From Vicugna vicugna (lineage: Eukaryota), in contig MU057880.1 of the NCBI GenBank assembly GCA_013265495.1, positions 526,527 to 590,526 of the forward strand: 64,000 bases of DNA, written 5' to 3'. The notes under the pieces are model-generated. The model was not told the origin of the DNA and did not search any database. It was given only the letters and a program-made list of their open reading frames with translations. The translations under genes were made by a program, and so were the position numbers. The number at the start of each line of letters is the position of its first letter. The first letter of the stretch is position 1. Shown piece after piece: positions 1-12,859 of the stretch.

Positions 1-1034
1 GTTTTCCCTTCAAAGACATTCCTTACATCTTATTTACGTCAGGTTGTTTTTTTTTTTCAGGGAGGCATGACGAAAACAGGACAATAAAGGGCAGAGAAGT
101 CTGGAAATACGCCAACTAAAGGAGCACAGTGAAAGGACGTCTGGGATAAAAGACAGACGTGCAGCAGGGATGGGAAGCGGAGAGGAAAGCCGTCCCGGGT
201 GTTCACATTTCTCTAGCTAAGCTATTTAGAAGTTCACTTCTTTCTCTGTTGACACTTTAATACTGGCTTCTCGTATCTTAAACTTTTGCATAAACTTTAA
301 GAAAAGCACAATGATGGGACTACAGCAAACTTTATTAAAACCACCCTGTATTCTTTCTTTCCCATATTGGAATGGAATTCCAACACTAACTAAAGAAGCT
401 CGTAAGTAAATAACTTTTCCCTCAATTTAAAAAATATTATACATAATGCACTGATCATGTTATATATTAATATATATTATATGGCAAACGTTAAAACTAT
501 AAAACAGACAAAGCAGCTTGTGACAGAAGGTTCATAATCGTTACAACGTGTCTCTGAAGTAAGGTTGTCCTTAAATGCATCTTCTACATATATTTGGGGG
601 CAGCCAGGTGGGTGGGGACGGAATCAAGAACAAATATTGCCAGACAAAATGCGAGGGTATAATATAAACAAGATTTCTACAATACGAGGATATGTATCAA
701 AGTGTTACCAATGGTTTTATCTGGACGGTATAATTGTGATTCTCTTTCTGTCCTTGTCTTCACTTGTTTTCTATTTTTTCTTTAAAGAACATAAGTATAG
801 CTACATATTTTTTAAATTAAAAATTATGCACAAAACTAAAAACAAAGTAATCATGGACAAACCCCAGACCAAACTGCTCCCTAAACAGCCATCACACAAA
901 ACAAAATGAGCACCGAAAATCAGTCTGGCTATTCAAAGGGTATCTCTTATAAATAAGGTAATAATTTTGAATTATTTTTATATTGAGGCCAGTGTTACCC
1001 CTAAAATAGTATGCATGATTTTGACTTTTTAAAA

Positions 1035-1100
1035 ATATATTTTTATTAAAGTATAGTCAGTTTACAACATTGTATCAATTTCTGGTATACAGTACAATAT
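1035..1100 (-). mobile_element. Short L1 3' terminal fragment
   Basis: ttttattaaagtatagtcagtttacaacattgtatcaatttctggtatacag is the reverse complement of the L1 3' end seen elsewhere in the window. Confidence 0.7.
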
Positions 1101-2584
1101 GATTTTTGGCATTCTGATTGTTTCCACAAATGAAATTAATTTCAACAAGAAACAGAAGGCCTTATAGATTAATACAATAATGAAGGTATTATAAAGCATT
1201 CATGTCTTTAAGTTGCCATTTCAAATGAAGAAGAGGGTACTTTAAAGAAAACAAATAAGTGTGAGGTTAATTAGCCATAAAGAAAAAGTGAACTCCATCT
1301 TTACAGCCTCAGTCGCTGGAAACCTGGAAGTGAACTGGACCCATCACCAACTTCCGCCAACCTTGCCCCCCACTCCCACCTCTCCCAGTGACTACAGACT
1401 CCTTTCCAGTCCTTCCTGACAACTCTAAGCACTCCTCTCCATTAATCTTAAAGGTACTGTGCACGTCCCAGTTCCACAAAGCTCAGAAAAACTACATGCC
1501 ATGACACTTCCACTACAAATTTTTCTTGATTACTGAGGAAAATAAAAGAGTTTTCATGTATTAAAAATACTTAAAGGGCAAAAATGTCAGGATGAACTCA
1601 TGCTTTTTTTTCCGAGGAGAATAGAGACCATCAAAAGATTACAATTCTACACATTTTTTATACCGTGTTTCACTGTCTTCTTCTACTACGAGAGGCGTGA
1701 CACTGCGCACAGTGAGATGCTGATCTGTGGAAATAACCTATAAGATGCCCTCATCGTAACCTGCACTCCTAAGATATCTAAAACAGAGCAGCCAGAAAAT
1801 CAAATGTTTGTCACAAGAGATCACACGTATCTACTGATACCCCTGAAAATTAGCCTTTATGGATAAACTACAGAATTCTGGCGTTTTCTACTGACCTCAA
1901 TTAGAAATGAGATTATGGATTAATCATATTTACACAAGCCCACACACACACATGAAATATATGCATCTATACAGGTGGGGGGTGGTATATTTCATGTTAT
2001 AATCAAACCAAGTCAATAGGATAAACCAGTAATGTACTTCTCTGGAGCTCACGAAAGAAGAACTCATACCTTAGTCATTCAAAGGTGTTTTTTGGATTAT
2101 TGCTTTATTGATGAAAAAATTGCAGAGTTAATCCATATCTGAAATGTCCCTGAGAACAGCGTTTATAATGAACATGCAGGTGACGACTTGCAAAGAGGAT
2201 CTGGTGCCCTGATGTGAAATCAGGAGAGCTGAAGCATGTGCGGGGTATTTGTACAACGACTTGAAGAACAAAAGAAAGACAGGTGGGGGCTGACCGATAA
2301 GTTATGCAGATATGGCGCATCACAGACTGCAGTGAAACAAGGTCAATCATTATACAGCATATACACGCTGTGCATTTACACATATAGAGAGAGAGATGTG
2401 CAGATGTGTGTGTGGGGGAGGGCATACAGCATAACTAATGTAAAATGTACAGCAGATGAACAACATAGAGCATCATGTCATCTACATATAGTGACGCTTC
2501 TACACAACACTGTAAAACGACTATAACTCAATAAAAAAATGTTTAAAAATAAAAATAAATAAATACAAAATAAAATAAAATACA

Positions 2585-2765
2585 TGAACAACGAGGTCCT
2601 TCTGTACAGCACAGGTAGCTAGAGTCAGTATCTTCTAGTAATCTACTATGGAAAAGAATCTGCAAGGGAATATGTGTATGTACGTGGATGACGAGACACG
2701 ATGCTGTAAACCAGAAATTAATGCAACACTGTAAACTGACTATATGTCAATTAAAAAAAAAGAAA
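2585..2765 (+). mobile_element. Artiodactyl-type L1 3' terminal fragment (a second short 3' end at about 2480-2560)
   Basis: aacgaggtccttctgtacagcacagg...aacactgtaaactgactat...caattaaaaaaaa. Confidence 0.8.
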
Positions 2766-3271
2766 GAAAGGCCTGGGCTAGAGGTTGAGTCAATAAGAAG
2801 AAATGGCAGAGGCTGATAACTGACCAGTTCTATGTGCCAAGGGTGTTTCTAAGCCAACAGGAAAGGCAAGGCAGGGACCCAGGGCTTGAGGCGACCCCGT
2901 GTGTGGTCCACAGCACAGAGGGACACGCTGCTTTTGGGACTGTGCTCTGTGCCATCCTTTCTTTATGTGCTTTAGAGTATAAATGTGCATTTATGGTCTC
3001 TTGTGTGGTTTTGTACAAGCTTCTTATCTAGAGTCCCGAAAACAGACACTTTTATGTAACTCACTCTGTGTAACACCTGAGGACAGTACTAAGCACACTG
3101 GCATGTTAATGCTGTGAATGGAAATAATCACAAACATATGTCAGGTCTTCAAAAAGGAAGACCATTTCTTAATGATGAAGACAAATAAGGAAGACCGAGA
3201 AACCAAAGATCTCAAGACAAGGAAATTAACAGAGGCCCCCCCCGAGGACATTTACTAAATGTCATTTAAAT

Positions 3272-3319
3272 CACACACACACACACACACACACACAATG
3301 CTCTCTCTCTCTCTCTCTC
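3272..3319. repeat. Compound (CA)n/(CT)n microsatellite
   Basis: cacacaca...aatg ctctctct... Confidence 0.9.
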
Positions 3320-4997
3320 ATACATGGGTATATCTCTAGGTACATCCAGACACTCGTTTTCTTTTGATTTTAAAATCTAGATTTTTAAAGGTTACAACTA
3401 AATCATCCAAATAAAACATATGGATAATGGTAACATGGTCATTTGATCCAACTAGCAAAGGTTTTCGAACGTTTAGAAGAAAGAGACTGCTACAGACATG
3501 GCAGTAACATGTAACTTTTTTTTTAAAACCAGGCACCTAATTGAGCATGAAAAAGTACTTCATTAAGTTCTGAAATTAAATAAAAACAATTTTATATGAT
3601 TATTAGCACAGGAAAAAGAGGAAAACCAAACCATCGCTCTTGGCAGGATTCTTAAACAGATCACCTGAATAAAATATTTAAGAGTGTGGTCAGGCCTAAA
3701 ATCAAGGAAATGGACAGAGAAATTCCAGGTTATATTTCAGGGATAATTATAGATACATGCATTTACAGAGCATTTATTTTGGTTTAAATTAAGTATCAAT
3801 ATTTCAAATATTTAAAGTGTGATGTCTTAAATGGGAAATAAAAACTATAATTTTAATCATAGTATGATTAAATAGTTACAGGAGAATAACTGATATTCTA
3901 ATATGATGCATTTGAGTGTTTTTTAAATTGATCGTTCTCTTTTCCACTAATCTTAGTTGATTTTATTTGTATGCAGTCTATATTTAAGTGAATTACTAAA
4001 CAATATTTAAAAGCAAGGCTGGGAAGTGTGCTTGGTTTTTTGACTAAAAGTCAAGATTTCTCTTTAAATGTCCTACAACAAGATAGAGCTTTTTTCAGTC
4101 TTACAAGTAGTGTGTGCAAAGCATCGGCAAGTTTCTAAAATATACTTCTTTACTTCTAATGGGGTAAAAAAAATCTATTATTTGTTGCCAGGGTTTCTTG
4201 GCCCAAATCCAAGGCAAGGTGACCTTGTCCTTGAATAAAACAATAGGAAACTGCTTCCTCTCTGGCCTCTGTTCGCCAGCACAGTGGAAAACCTCCCCCA
4301 GAGGTAAGTTTATTTCATCTCAGGAAACGTATCTGTCATAATAGACACAATAAAGATCAGATAAAGAAAAGGTGGAGTCTTAACCCAAAAGAGGCATAAC
4401 CTAACAGCTATAAATAATCCTGGCACTATTTCCTCCACTGCTCAGGAAAATGCATCAATCAAATTATATTAAAAAGACACTCTACCCAGTGTTTACAGAC
4501 AAGGTCAGACTGCCATGCTAGGATAGAAGCAATTCTTTTTAAATTGAGTTTTCTTAACTCTTTTCTGGTTAAAGACAGGAAGGCGGGGTGAGAGGAGGGA
4601 AGAGGAGGTTACACTCCTGGGCTGCGTCTTCAAATTAGAGCCATTAATTAATTTGTCAGGGATCCTAACACCGTCCCTGCTGTCGTCTGTAGGAACCTAA
4701 TCCCCGGGCATCACCCATTCCAACAGCAACGATCTCAGTGCATCCTCATCACCTAATTCCACGTCTCCTCCACGTCTCCCTGGCTTGGACTCTCCCCTGC
4801 TATCCTCCCAACCTGGAAAAGCCTTCTCTCCACTTGCTCTTAACAGCCGATGGACAGTTCTGAATTCCACCCACACCCTTCACACCAGGCGCGAGGGAGC
4901 AGGCGCGTTCACTTGATTTGGTGTCTCATCCGACTGCGAAGACCAAACCAACCGCCAGAACCACTTAGAAGAATTAGCAACATTAAGAATTATGTCT

Positions 4998-5387
4998 TGG
5001 CCAAGATGGTGGAGTAGACAGACTCACAGCTCACCCCTTCCCACAAATACACCAAGAATTACAACTACAAACCCACTGAATCGCACAGAATGCCTCCTGA
5101 ACTCCGGCAGTGTCTCTCATTTCAACGTAAAGGAGGATTCTCACCAAATCTGGTAAAACAACAAGTTCATCCTGTACAGCACAGGGAGCTATATTTAATA
5201 CCTTGCAGTGACTTATGGTGAAAAAGAATATGAAAACGAATATATGTATGTTTCTATATGACTGAGACATGATGCTGTACACCAGAAATTGATACAACAT
5301 TGTCAACGGACTATACTTCAATAAAAATATAAGTATATAAAAAATGCATCACCTTTTAAGGTGATTTTATATAATTCATTAAAAAAG
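4998..5387 (+). mobile_element. Short L1-derived element: L1 5' end fused to L1 3' end
   Basis: Starts ggccaagatggtggagtag (L1 5'UTR start), switches near 5155 to the artiodactyl L1 3' terminus ending cttcaataaaa, flanked by aagaattat(g/a)tct repeats. Confidence 0.7.
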
Positions 5388-6234
5388 AAGAATTATATCT
5401 GAAGTGCCACTAAATCATTACTCAGAGGAGGCCGAGGTAAACACGAAGAGACAGGAAGCCAATGAGCAAAAGTTGAGCAGAAGGCCCTGCAGGCTGGGGG
5501 GTGGGAGGAGAGGGAGCCCCGGGTGCTTGGAATCAGAGCATCAGAGCGGCTCATCCTGACTGGAAAAGGCACAGCCTGGGGAAAACAGGCTCCCAAGAGA
5601 GAGATGGTGGATGGCAGAGGGTCTCTGTGACCAGCAGGGATGGAGACTTACGGTTCAAGTGATGAAACTGGTACCTGTGGCCCCAGATGAGCCATGGCCA
5701 GTCCGGACCTCAGAAGTGCTCAGACTCCACCGAAGCAGAAAGGGGGACATGGAACAGCAAGGCTCGGGGCTTCCAGTGGCACGAGCGGCCAGCTCAGGCC
5801 AGCAGACGTCACAAGTGGCACCGAGGAAGTTGAGGGTCCAGCTCACGTGGGAAGAGGTAAAAATGGAAAGTACATGGTGGAGCCAAAGACAGGGCAGCAG
5901 GAGGGAGAAGGAACCCCTGCAGGGCATTGAGCCCTGATCCCCCAATTCAGGTCTCAAGGTAACACTGCAGAGGACAGGAGCTTTATAAAACGATTCTTAT
6001 AAAAGTTTTACAAAATAATTTTTATCATGATATTGTTGCTTTTTCATATAAAAGACTTAGAATGTCATGCATACCCAGAAAAACAAAACTGGCAGGAGAA
6101 AAACACTTTTCAAGTTGTGTATTCCAGCAGTTAACATCAGCTCTGATAACGCTACAACCTACACGCCTAATTTAGACTAAATCTGGCCACATAAGGAGAA
6201 GCTGTATTAGGCTGGTGATTAGAACAGGGCTATG

Positions 6235-6372
6235 CGGAGGGGGGGCTGGTATAGCTCAGTGGTGGAGCATGTGCTCAGAACGTGTGAGGTCCTGGGTTCA
6301 ATTCCTGTACCTCCACTTAAAAAACTAACTTAATAAACTTAATTACCATGTCCCTGAATGTTTTTTTTTTAA
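6235..6372 (+). mobile_element. tRNA-Ala-derived camelid SINE (Vic-1 type) inserted in a MIR
   Basis: gtatagctcagtggtggagc...ggtcctgggttcaattcc with AT-rich tail; target-site duplication cagggctatg (6225-6234 / 6375-6384). Confidence 0.85.
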
Positions 6373-6374
6373 AG

Positions 6375-6580
6375 CAGGGCTATGAAATCAGACATGCCTA
6401 AGTTCCAATGACGACTCCACCACTAGTCTATGGAAAGAAGTATTTTTTAATCACGCTAAGCCTTATTCCATCAGCTCTAAAAAGGTGGCAGTAAACCTCT
6501 CTTTAGAGGGCCGCTGTAGTAATTCAGTCAGACAATACGCAGTATCGCTGCTGCTGTACAGTAAGCACTCAATACATGAG
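6375..6580 (+). mobile_element. MIR fragment
   Basis: Degenerate MIR-like core ending cagtaagcactcaatacatg. Confidence 0.6.
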
Positions 6581-9500
6581 ACCTGCTGTCATTCAGGCCC
6601 CGCATTTAAGAAGGCGTTTTCTTACGCACATCACTTTCTAAAATGTTTAATCGTGACTGAGGTCTTATTTATTATAATAAGTACAGGATACTACATGCAT
6701 CAATAATTTCTATTAAAAATGTGCAACTGGAAAATAGATGGCCAGTTTGATAGTATCAAGTTGATTTACCTTAAGTGATTCATTCAAAAATTGTACAAAG
6801 TTTCTTGGGCACCCTACATCACATGATTTTCAAAAGCAGGCTTCAGGAACACTCTTGCAGTTAGTTAACAGAAGAGCAGGGGTGGTGGGCCAAGGGAGGG
6901 GCACATAGAACACAGAATGGTTGGTAAGTGGAGGGGGCACCACTGACGTCACCTCCAGGTTTTCCCCAACTTATTAAATAAGCTTGTGAAACTTTTTTCC
7001 CGTAACATCTACTCACAGTGTACACAACTAGTGTCCCATGGTAGTCTTCCTGCAAAACGCAGTTTTATACATTTCAAAAAATGTTAATCATCTCCTTTTA
7101 TTTTCAAAATCCACCAAATGACAAGGCTGCTCTGAAGAACCACCAGAAGCAGTAGGCGGGCGGTAAGCACAGAGCCCAGTGTCGGGGGCGTCCTGGGGAC
7201 GCACGGGTAGTGGCCTCAGCGCTGGCAACTGGACCCAGGGCAGGGAGCGGAGGATAGGTGATAAAATATGTGAAAGGTGCCAGTTTACTGGGTTAAATGG
7301 GACTTCATTAGTCCCCAGATTCATTTAAATGAGAAATTCAACACTATTTCTCATACATCTGTTACGTGCCAGCAGCGGGGACAATGCACAGAGGAAATTC
7401 TCGACAGGAAAAGATTACAAGCCCATAAAATCTGAGAGTCTCACCAAGCAGAACAACTGGGTCCACCCCTTGTGCCCAACCATCACTTTAAAAAAGCCCC
7501 CAGTTTAACGTGTCTGCTTTTCAGTATCTCACTCCCTCCTAAAGTCAAAGCAGCAAAGCCACGTGAAAAGCCACAAACTTTTCAAAGAAGCAAAAATGGA
7601 AGTATCTGTGAAATTACTAAATATTATTCATTTAAAATTAGCTCTGACATTACCCTCAAAAAGCCTCACAGGTCAACAGAGGGGTGTTCCACGCATCTTT
7701 GCTCAAAAACCTTTTACTGAGTTCCCCATGAGGCGCAAGCCACAGTAACAATTCACCCATTCAGGTCCTCGTATGTAATTAAAATCCTGGGGGCTCGCTC
7801 GATAAAACAGCGAAGTCTAGATAAGCAAAGGGCTCCTCAGCAAGGACCTCACAGCAAGACCCTAAGAGCATCACCCAACAACTCGGCCCCACAGGACGCT
7901 CCATGAATGCCCAACTCTGGTCCTTCAACGTGAAGCCAAAGTATCACAGTGGGTACCACTGACGTGGCTTCTAGACACGGCTTGCTTCAAAGCTGTTTCA
8001 TGGCCAGTGTTACTCCTGTCATAGCGTTACCCTGGACTTCAGTAAAACATAAAGCATTTGTCAGGAAACAAGCAGGTTTTTGGAATAGGTGTCCTGGCCC
8101 ACTATGCACTCTCTTTCTGTCCTGACGGCTCTTTCTCACAAATCCAGTGTTACATTCTCCTCCCCCACCAATAAACACTTCAAACAATTTTCTTTGCTCA
8201 TTAAAATTATATTATTATTAATTAAATAATCCTGCCCTCCATTTTGGGAAAGGATATATGAAAAGGGCAAACAAGGAGCCCATGATCTGAACTTGGCTTC
8301 TGAGGCTCCCCACGCGTAGTTTAAATAATGCTCTCGCTTGTACCTGCAAAAATCATGAGTACAGTCGAGCGTCACGCCAACGGCCCTGTTAATAAAACCT
8401 GACCACAGAGGAGCCTCTCCATAACAGCCTTTTTTAGCAGTGAAGTTAGGTATGAGGCTGGTCTTCTTTTCGGATCTGATCTGAAGGTACCACCAGCATC
8501 GCATGGCGAGGGGGCTGTGCGCTCAGCACAGCGTCAGGACACGCTCCCAACACAGCCGCTGCCTCAGGACCATCCTGAGGTTCACGGGAAACGTGGGGCG
8601 ACACCTTCAGAGTCACCTCGTCTCGGAAGACCTCGTGTCGTTAGTTAGTAATTCTGTTTATAATGATGAACAAAACCAAACTGTGTCCATCAACCTGGGC
8701 ATCTAAGCATTCTAACTCATGGCCTTCTGTCTGTGAATTTTCAGTTTATCTCCATTTGCAAAGTTTAACATCTCAACCTTCCTAGAGCACATGAAAGATC
8801 ATTCCAACACCCTAGTACAACCCTTGCACCCTAAGACGACACCCTAACGCAACAGTGATGCCAGGGTGCAAAAACAGACATTTTAAAAATGCTTAGACTA
8901 GCTGCATCTAAGCTGCCTAAATGTATCTATGCATTTTCATTTGGGGGATTTAAATATATATATTTAAAACACATGAATTAGTGTGACGGCAGAAAACTTC
9001 CAATGTGATATAAAAGCAGCCTGTGAGAACTCACATCCCTGAAACAGGAGGCTCAGATTAGGTGTGAGCCACAGAAAAGTGCTTGTCACAAGCAGCAGTA
9101 GCTGCCTCGGGGATGTGAGCATGACAAACGCATGGCAGACTCGTGGGATCAATTATAAAGAAGCAATACTTGGGGCATTAAAAAAAAAACCGTGCCTTCA
9201 CCAGCGATTAATCCACGTTCAGAAGTCCACGAGTCCCACAGATGGTCATTACCAAATCAACAACCAAACCCTCCCTCCCTCCGCAAACCCACATGTGAAT
9301 CCCTTACTACACACGCCCGTTCCCAACAACCTTTTCATGCTCGCTCATTCAGTTCGACTAACAAAATATTTTTAAGAAACTATTCAAGTGTTAAGTGAAA
9401 GCCGAACTGTCCAGCTTTAATTTCTGATTATAAAAAGCAGCTGCCCGATATTCCCCAGCACCCGCGATCTTGCTTTACGTGAACTATTGGTCGCGTTTAA

Positions 9501-9688
9501 ATTTTTCTTTTTTAAAACCACAGCAAAATTGGAAGGACGAGCCCGCTGTAACTTACCCTCCCTCCTCCAAGCAGACTAGCCTAGCCTCTAAAAGCCCTGT
9601 CTTCCCTGCAGAGACAGCGATGATTCCCATTTTAAAGCAGTTCTCTATGACGTGCCGTGGAAACACAAGCAGTACCCACGCTACTTAC

Positions 9689-9748
9689 TGAGTGTTTCTC
9701 CTGCTGGCCCGTAACTCCATGGTTAGCTGGGGTTGCTAGTGGTTTCAT
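9689..9748 (-). CDS. RAPGEF2: RAPGEF2 first coding exon of the canonical short isoform: MKPLATPANHGVTGQQEKHS
   Basis: 20 codons ending TCA|gtaagt (phase 0). Near-identical to the human N-terminus MKPLAIPANHGVMGQQEKHS. The next exon (LPADF...) was not found in the window. Confidence 0.95.
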
Positions 9749-10900
9749 AATGCAGAAACGCACGCTGAACTGAGTCTGCACATCATGTGCCAGTCTCTCG
9801 TGGATGGCAAGTCACCCTTTACGGCATTAAATTAAGAGAAAAGAGAAAAAGAAAGAGAGGAGAGGAAAAAAAAAAGACGGAGGAGGAGAGCAGGCTGCAG
9901 CTCCAAGTGTCACTACTGGTGAGCTCAAAACCCACACACTTGTGGACCAGAAAAGGCAACCGAACGACCCTGCCCGGCCCCATTTCTATAACGCTGAAAC
10001 TCTATCCATCTTAGGCTACGACAAGACAGGAAACCTTATACAGCTCCCAGTCTTCCAAGAGAGCAAGATCATTTCTGAGACTGAAGAACAAGAGGCAAAA
10101 GAAAAGGAAAGGAGAAAAAAAAAAAAGCTAAAATGGCTGACTGCACACAGTCTCCCCTCCAAAAGGCTTCATACAGAAAGATACGAGTCAGGGCGGTGCA
10201 GGCACCGGTCCCCAGCATCCAGCCAAGCATGGTTAATACTCTTGTTTCATTTGCAATCGCACACACGGACCCCTCCGACCAAGAAAGAAAGGGAGGAAGA
10301 AGAAGAAAGGAAGGAAAGAATCAGGGCAGAGCGTGTGAATCGGGACCTCCTCCCTGGCAGCTGAAGATGCTGACGGAGTGCTGACCAGTGATCTCTGCCC
10401 CACTCCACTAAACCAAGTTTGCACAATTAATCTCAGAGGCATGACACTGATGGACATTTAATCTAATGATGTCTGTCCCTCACACTCAGCACAAGCATGC
10501 CTGCCAGCACGGGAGCCACTCACGGAAACACGGCACATGCACACACACAAGCTCGAGCATCATGAGTCTGAATGCAACACACCGATATAATTACATTATT
10601 GTGCTTACTTTGGAGGACCATGGCTGCAGGCAGTTGGCATAGCAACGCACAAGGAAAGCCATTTCCTGGGTAGAGAGAAAGCTTCCTTCTCTAAATAAAA
10701 AATTCCTCTTAGGAAACAAACGGCATTGCTGCTTCCTGCAGAAAAGCAAGACACTGTAGTCTGTCTCTTAACCTGCAAGGCTCACACTCAATGCAGTTCT
10801 AGTGATGTAAGTGGATTTCTCTCTCACCCTCCCTCTCCCTCTATACACTGAAATATGCAGCTCAAATAGTCCTCACATTCCTTAAGGCTCGCCCCCTCCT
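9749..10900 (-). promoter_or_regulatory. Internal promoter/5'UTR region for the short RAPGEF2 isoforms
   Basis: No recognisable transposon sequence around the two alternative first coding exons, with long minus-strand pyrimidine tracts (about 9832-9889, 10085-10127, 10280-10320). TSS positions cannot be determined from sequence. Confidence 0.6.
10609..10662 (-). CDS. RAPGEF2: RAPGEF2 alternative first coding exon: MAFLVRCYANCLQPWSSK
   Basis: ATG in strong context (GAAATGG), 18 codons with no stop, strong phase-0 donor AAA|gtaagc. Resembles a RAPGEF2 isoform N-terminus I recall. Confidence 0.8.
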
Positions 10901-11799
10901 CTCCTTAACCATTTCACTCATTAAGGTAGCGATGGACAATTCAGATAAAGTAACGAGCTCTTGCCTGTGTTCTATCAGCGGCTGTAGGTTAAGCAAGTCT
11001 CAGAGGGATGGGATCCATTGATTGCTGACTCCAAATAATATCACTGAAGACAGGGTGGGGAAACGGAGAGGGGACTTACTCGAACAGCTTTGAACTAAAA
11101 TACGGTTTTTCACCAAGGTGAAGGCACGAGGGTGGACGTGACCCCTTCCCCACCCTCAAATATCCCTGTGCTCGAGGAAACAAGCGTCCACCCAAAATTC
11201 ACAAAATGCACATTTAAGAGGCTTTGTATCAATTCAGAAGATGTGATTTTCACAAACACCCATGCACATGCACACACATGTACACTCACACAGCGCCTTG
11301 CAAATAATAGCAAAATAAACCCACCTGGGCTCTTAAAAAAAAAAAGGAAACTGAATCAAACTTCTTTCAGAGGTAGGAAGTTGACATTTAATAAGGCTAT
11401 GTCATTCTACACAAACTCTTAATTTTACCCAGGTTCGCAGGTTATTTGAAGAGACAGCATTATAGTTGGCATTTCAACGCTGAAGCACTGGTCAGCTGCT
11501 CATAGTCACGTCCTTCTATAAATTGTATACAGAACAGAAAATAGATATGGAAAATCTAGCAACTTGAGTAACTGGGAAATCGCGAGAGCTTGCTAACTTG
11601 TGTTTCTATCTACCTACCTAACACCACACCCGCCCCGTTAATTCTCTTTCCTTTCCCCTCACACCTAAAGCAGCCATTCCCTCCACATCCGTGTTTTGGA
11701 CCCCATTCCCCCCGACTCCACGCGCCCCTTTCAGACTGTTGCTACCCCTGCCCCGTCTCTCCCACGTGTGTTCAACCTCTCCTCCACAATGAGACGCTC

Positions 11800-12765
11800 T
11801 CTGCACTGGCTTTTAAATATGTTTAGGTCTCTCCCATCTCAAATACAAAGCAGAAAACCTCCCCCAGATTCCACATTCTCCCATGACTACAGTCCAACCT
11901 CTTTCACAGGCAAATCTCTTCAGAATCACCTACACTGGGTTCCATCATTCCTTCATCCCACTGACTTCTCAAAGGAAGGACCACCAGGGTCCTGTTACAC
12001 AGTTGCGACATCCTCAAGTGACCCTGGACACCTTTCTCCACGTCCAGTCCATCACAATATCCCACTAGTTAAGTTTTCTACCTTTTCTAAAATTCAGATT
12101 TCTCTCCGTCTCTACTGCTATCATCCCACTTCAAACATTATTTTTTGCCTTGAAAATTGCAAAAAGTCTCCTTAATGAAGTGTCTGGATTTAGTTCTAAC
12201 CTCATCCACTCAACCCATTTGACATTCTGTCTCTGAGATCTTTTAAAAATGAAAACCTGGCCATTTCAACCTAACCCACTGAGCTCCCCGACTTTCAAAT
12301 TAAGATGCATCAATGGCCTCCTGTGGTTCTCAGCACACAGACTGCAACTCTTGTTACAGCCTGCAAGATGCACATGTTTTCAAGACCTACCCCATATTCA
12401 CGCCCTCCAGGTCGCCTGGGCTGCTCCTGCTTCCTGGAGTGGGCAAGAGGCCCTTTTCACACACTGGTGCCCCTGCCTGGACTCCCACTGCACCTCTCAG
12501 CACACACTGGTGTGATGCCATCCAGTTACCATGATACTACCATGGCTACCCATACATATTACCAACACATTACCACGACACTGTGTATCGCTGCCCCATC
12601 ACGCTGTGTGTACACTTATTCATGAAATTACTTAAGCAGTTAGTGTCTGTTCCCCTTGCTACACTCTGCTCTCCACGATGCCCGGCGCCATGTTTGTGTG
12701 CCACTGGACTTGCAGCGGCCAGAAGACTGCACGCTGTACACACCCACATTCTGTGAATGACTGAA
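11800..12765 (+). mobile_element. Degenerate L2 LINE
   Basis: Pyrimidine-rich L2-like body ending in an L2-type tail (ttctgtgaatgactgaa). Confidence 0.6.
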
Positions 12766-12859
12766 CTCCCAAAGGATCGGGAATGGACATTAGCAAGACC
12801 ATATTTGATCTTATAAACTAGTTCCTATCAAAATCCCAAGTTTTTCTTTTTCTATAACA

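Noticed and set aside
2070..2138. Possible 69-nt poison exon (tttcag|ATATGG...AAG|gtatga) with an in-frame TAA
   Set aside because: Weak pyrimidine tract and no independent support; such pseudo-exons are common in long introns.
10233..10457. 74-aa minus-strand ORF (MSISVMPLRL...) between the two first exons
   Set aside because: No convincing in-frame donor and a low-complexity tail; more likely promoter, UTR or intron sequence.
10633..10646. RFX X-box-like motif gttggcatagcaac
   Set aside because: Lies inside the MAFL coding exon and can be explained by the codons; dual use cannot be supported from sequence alone.
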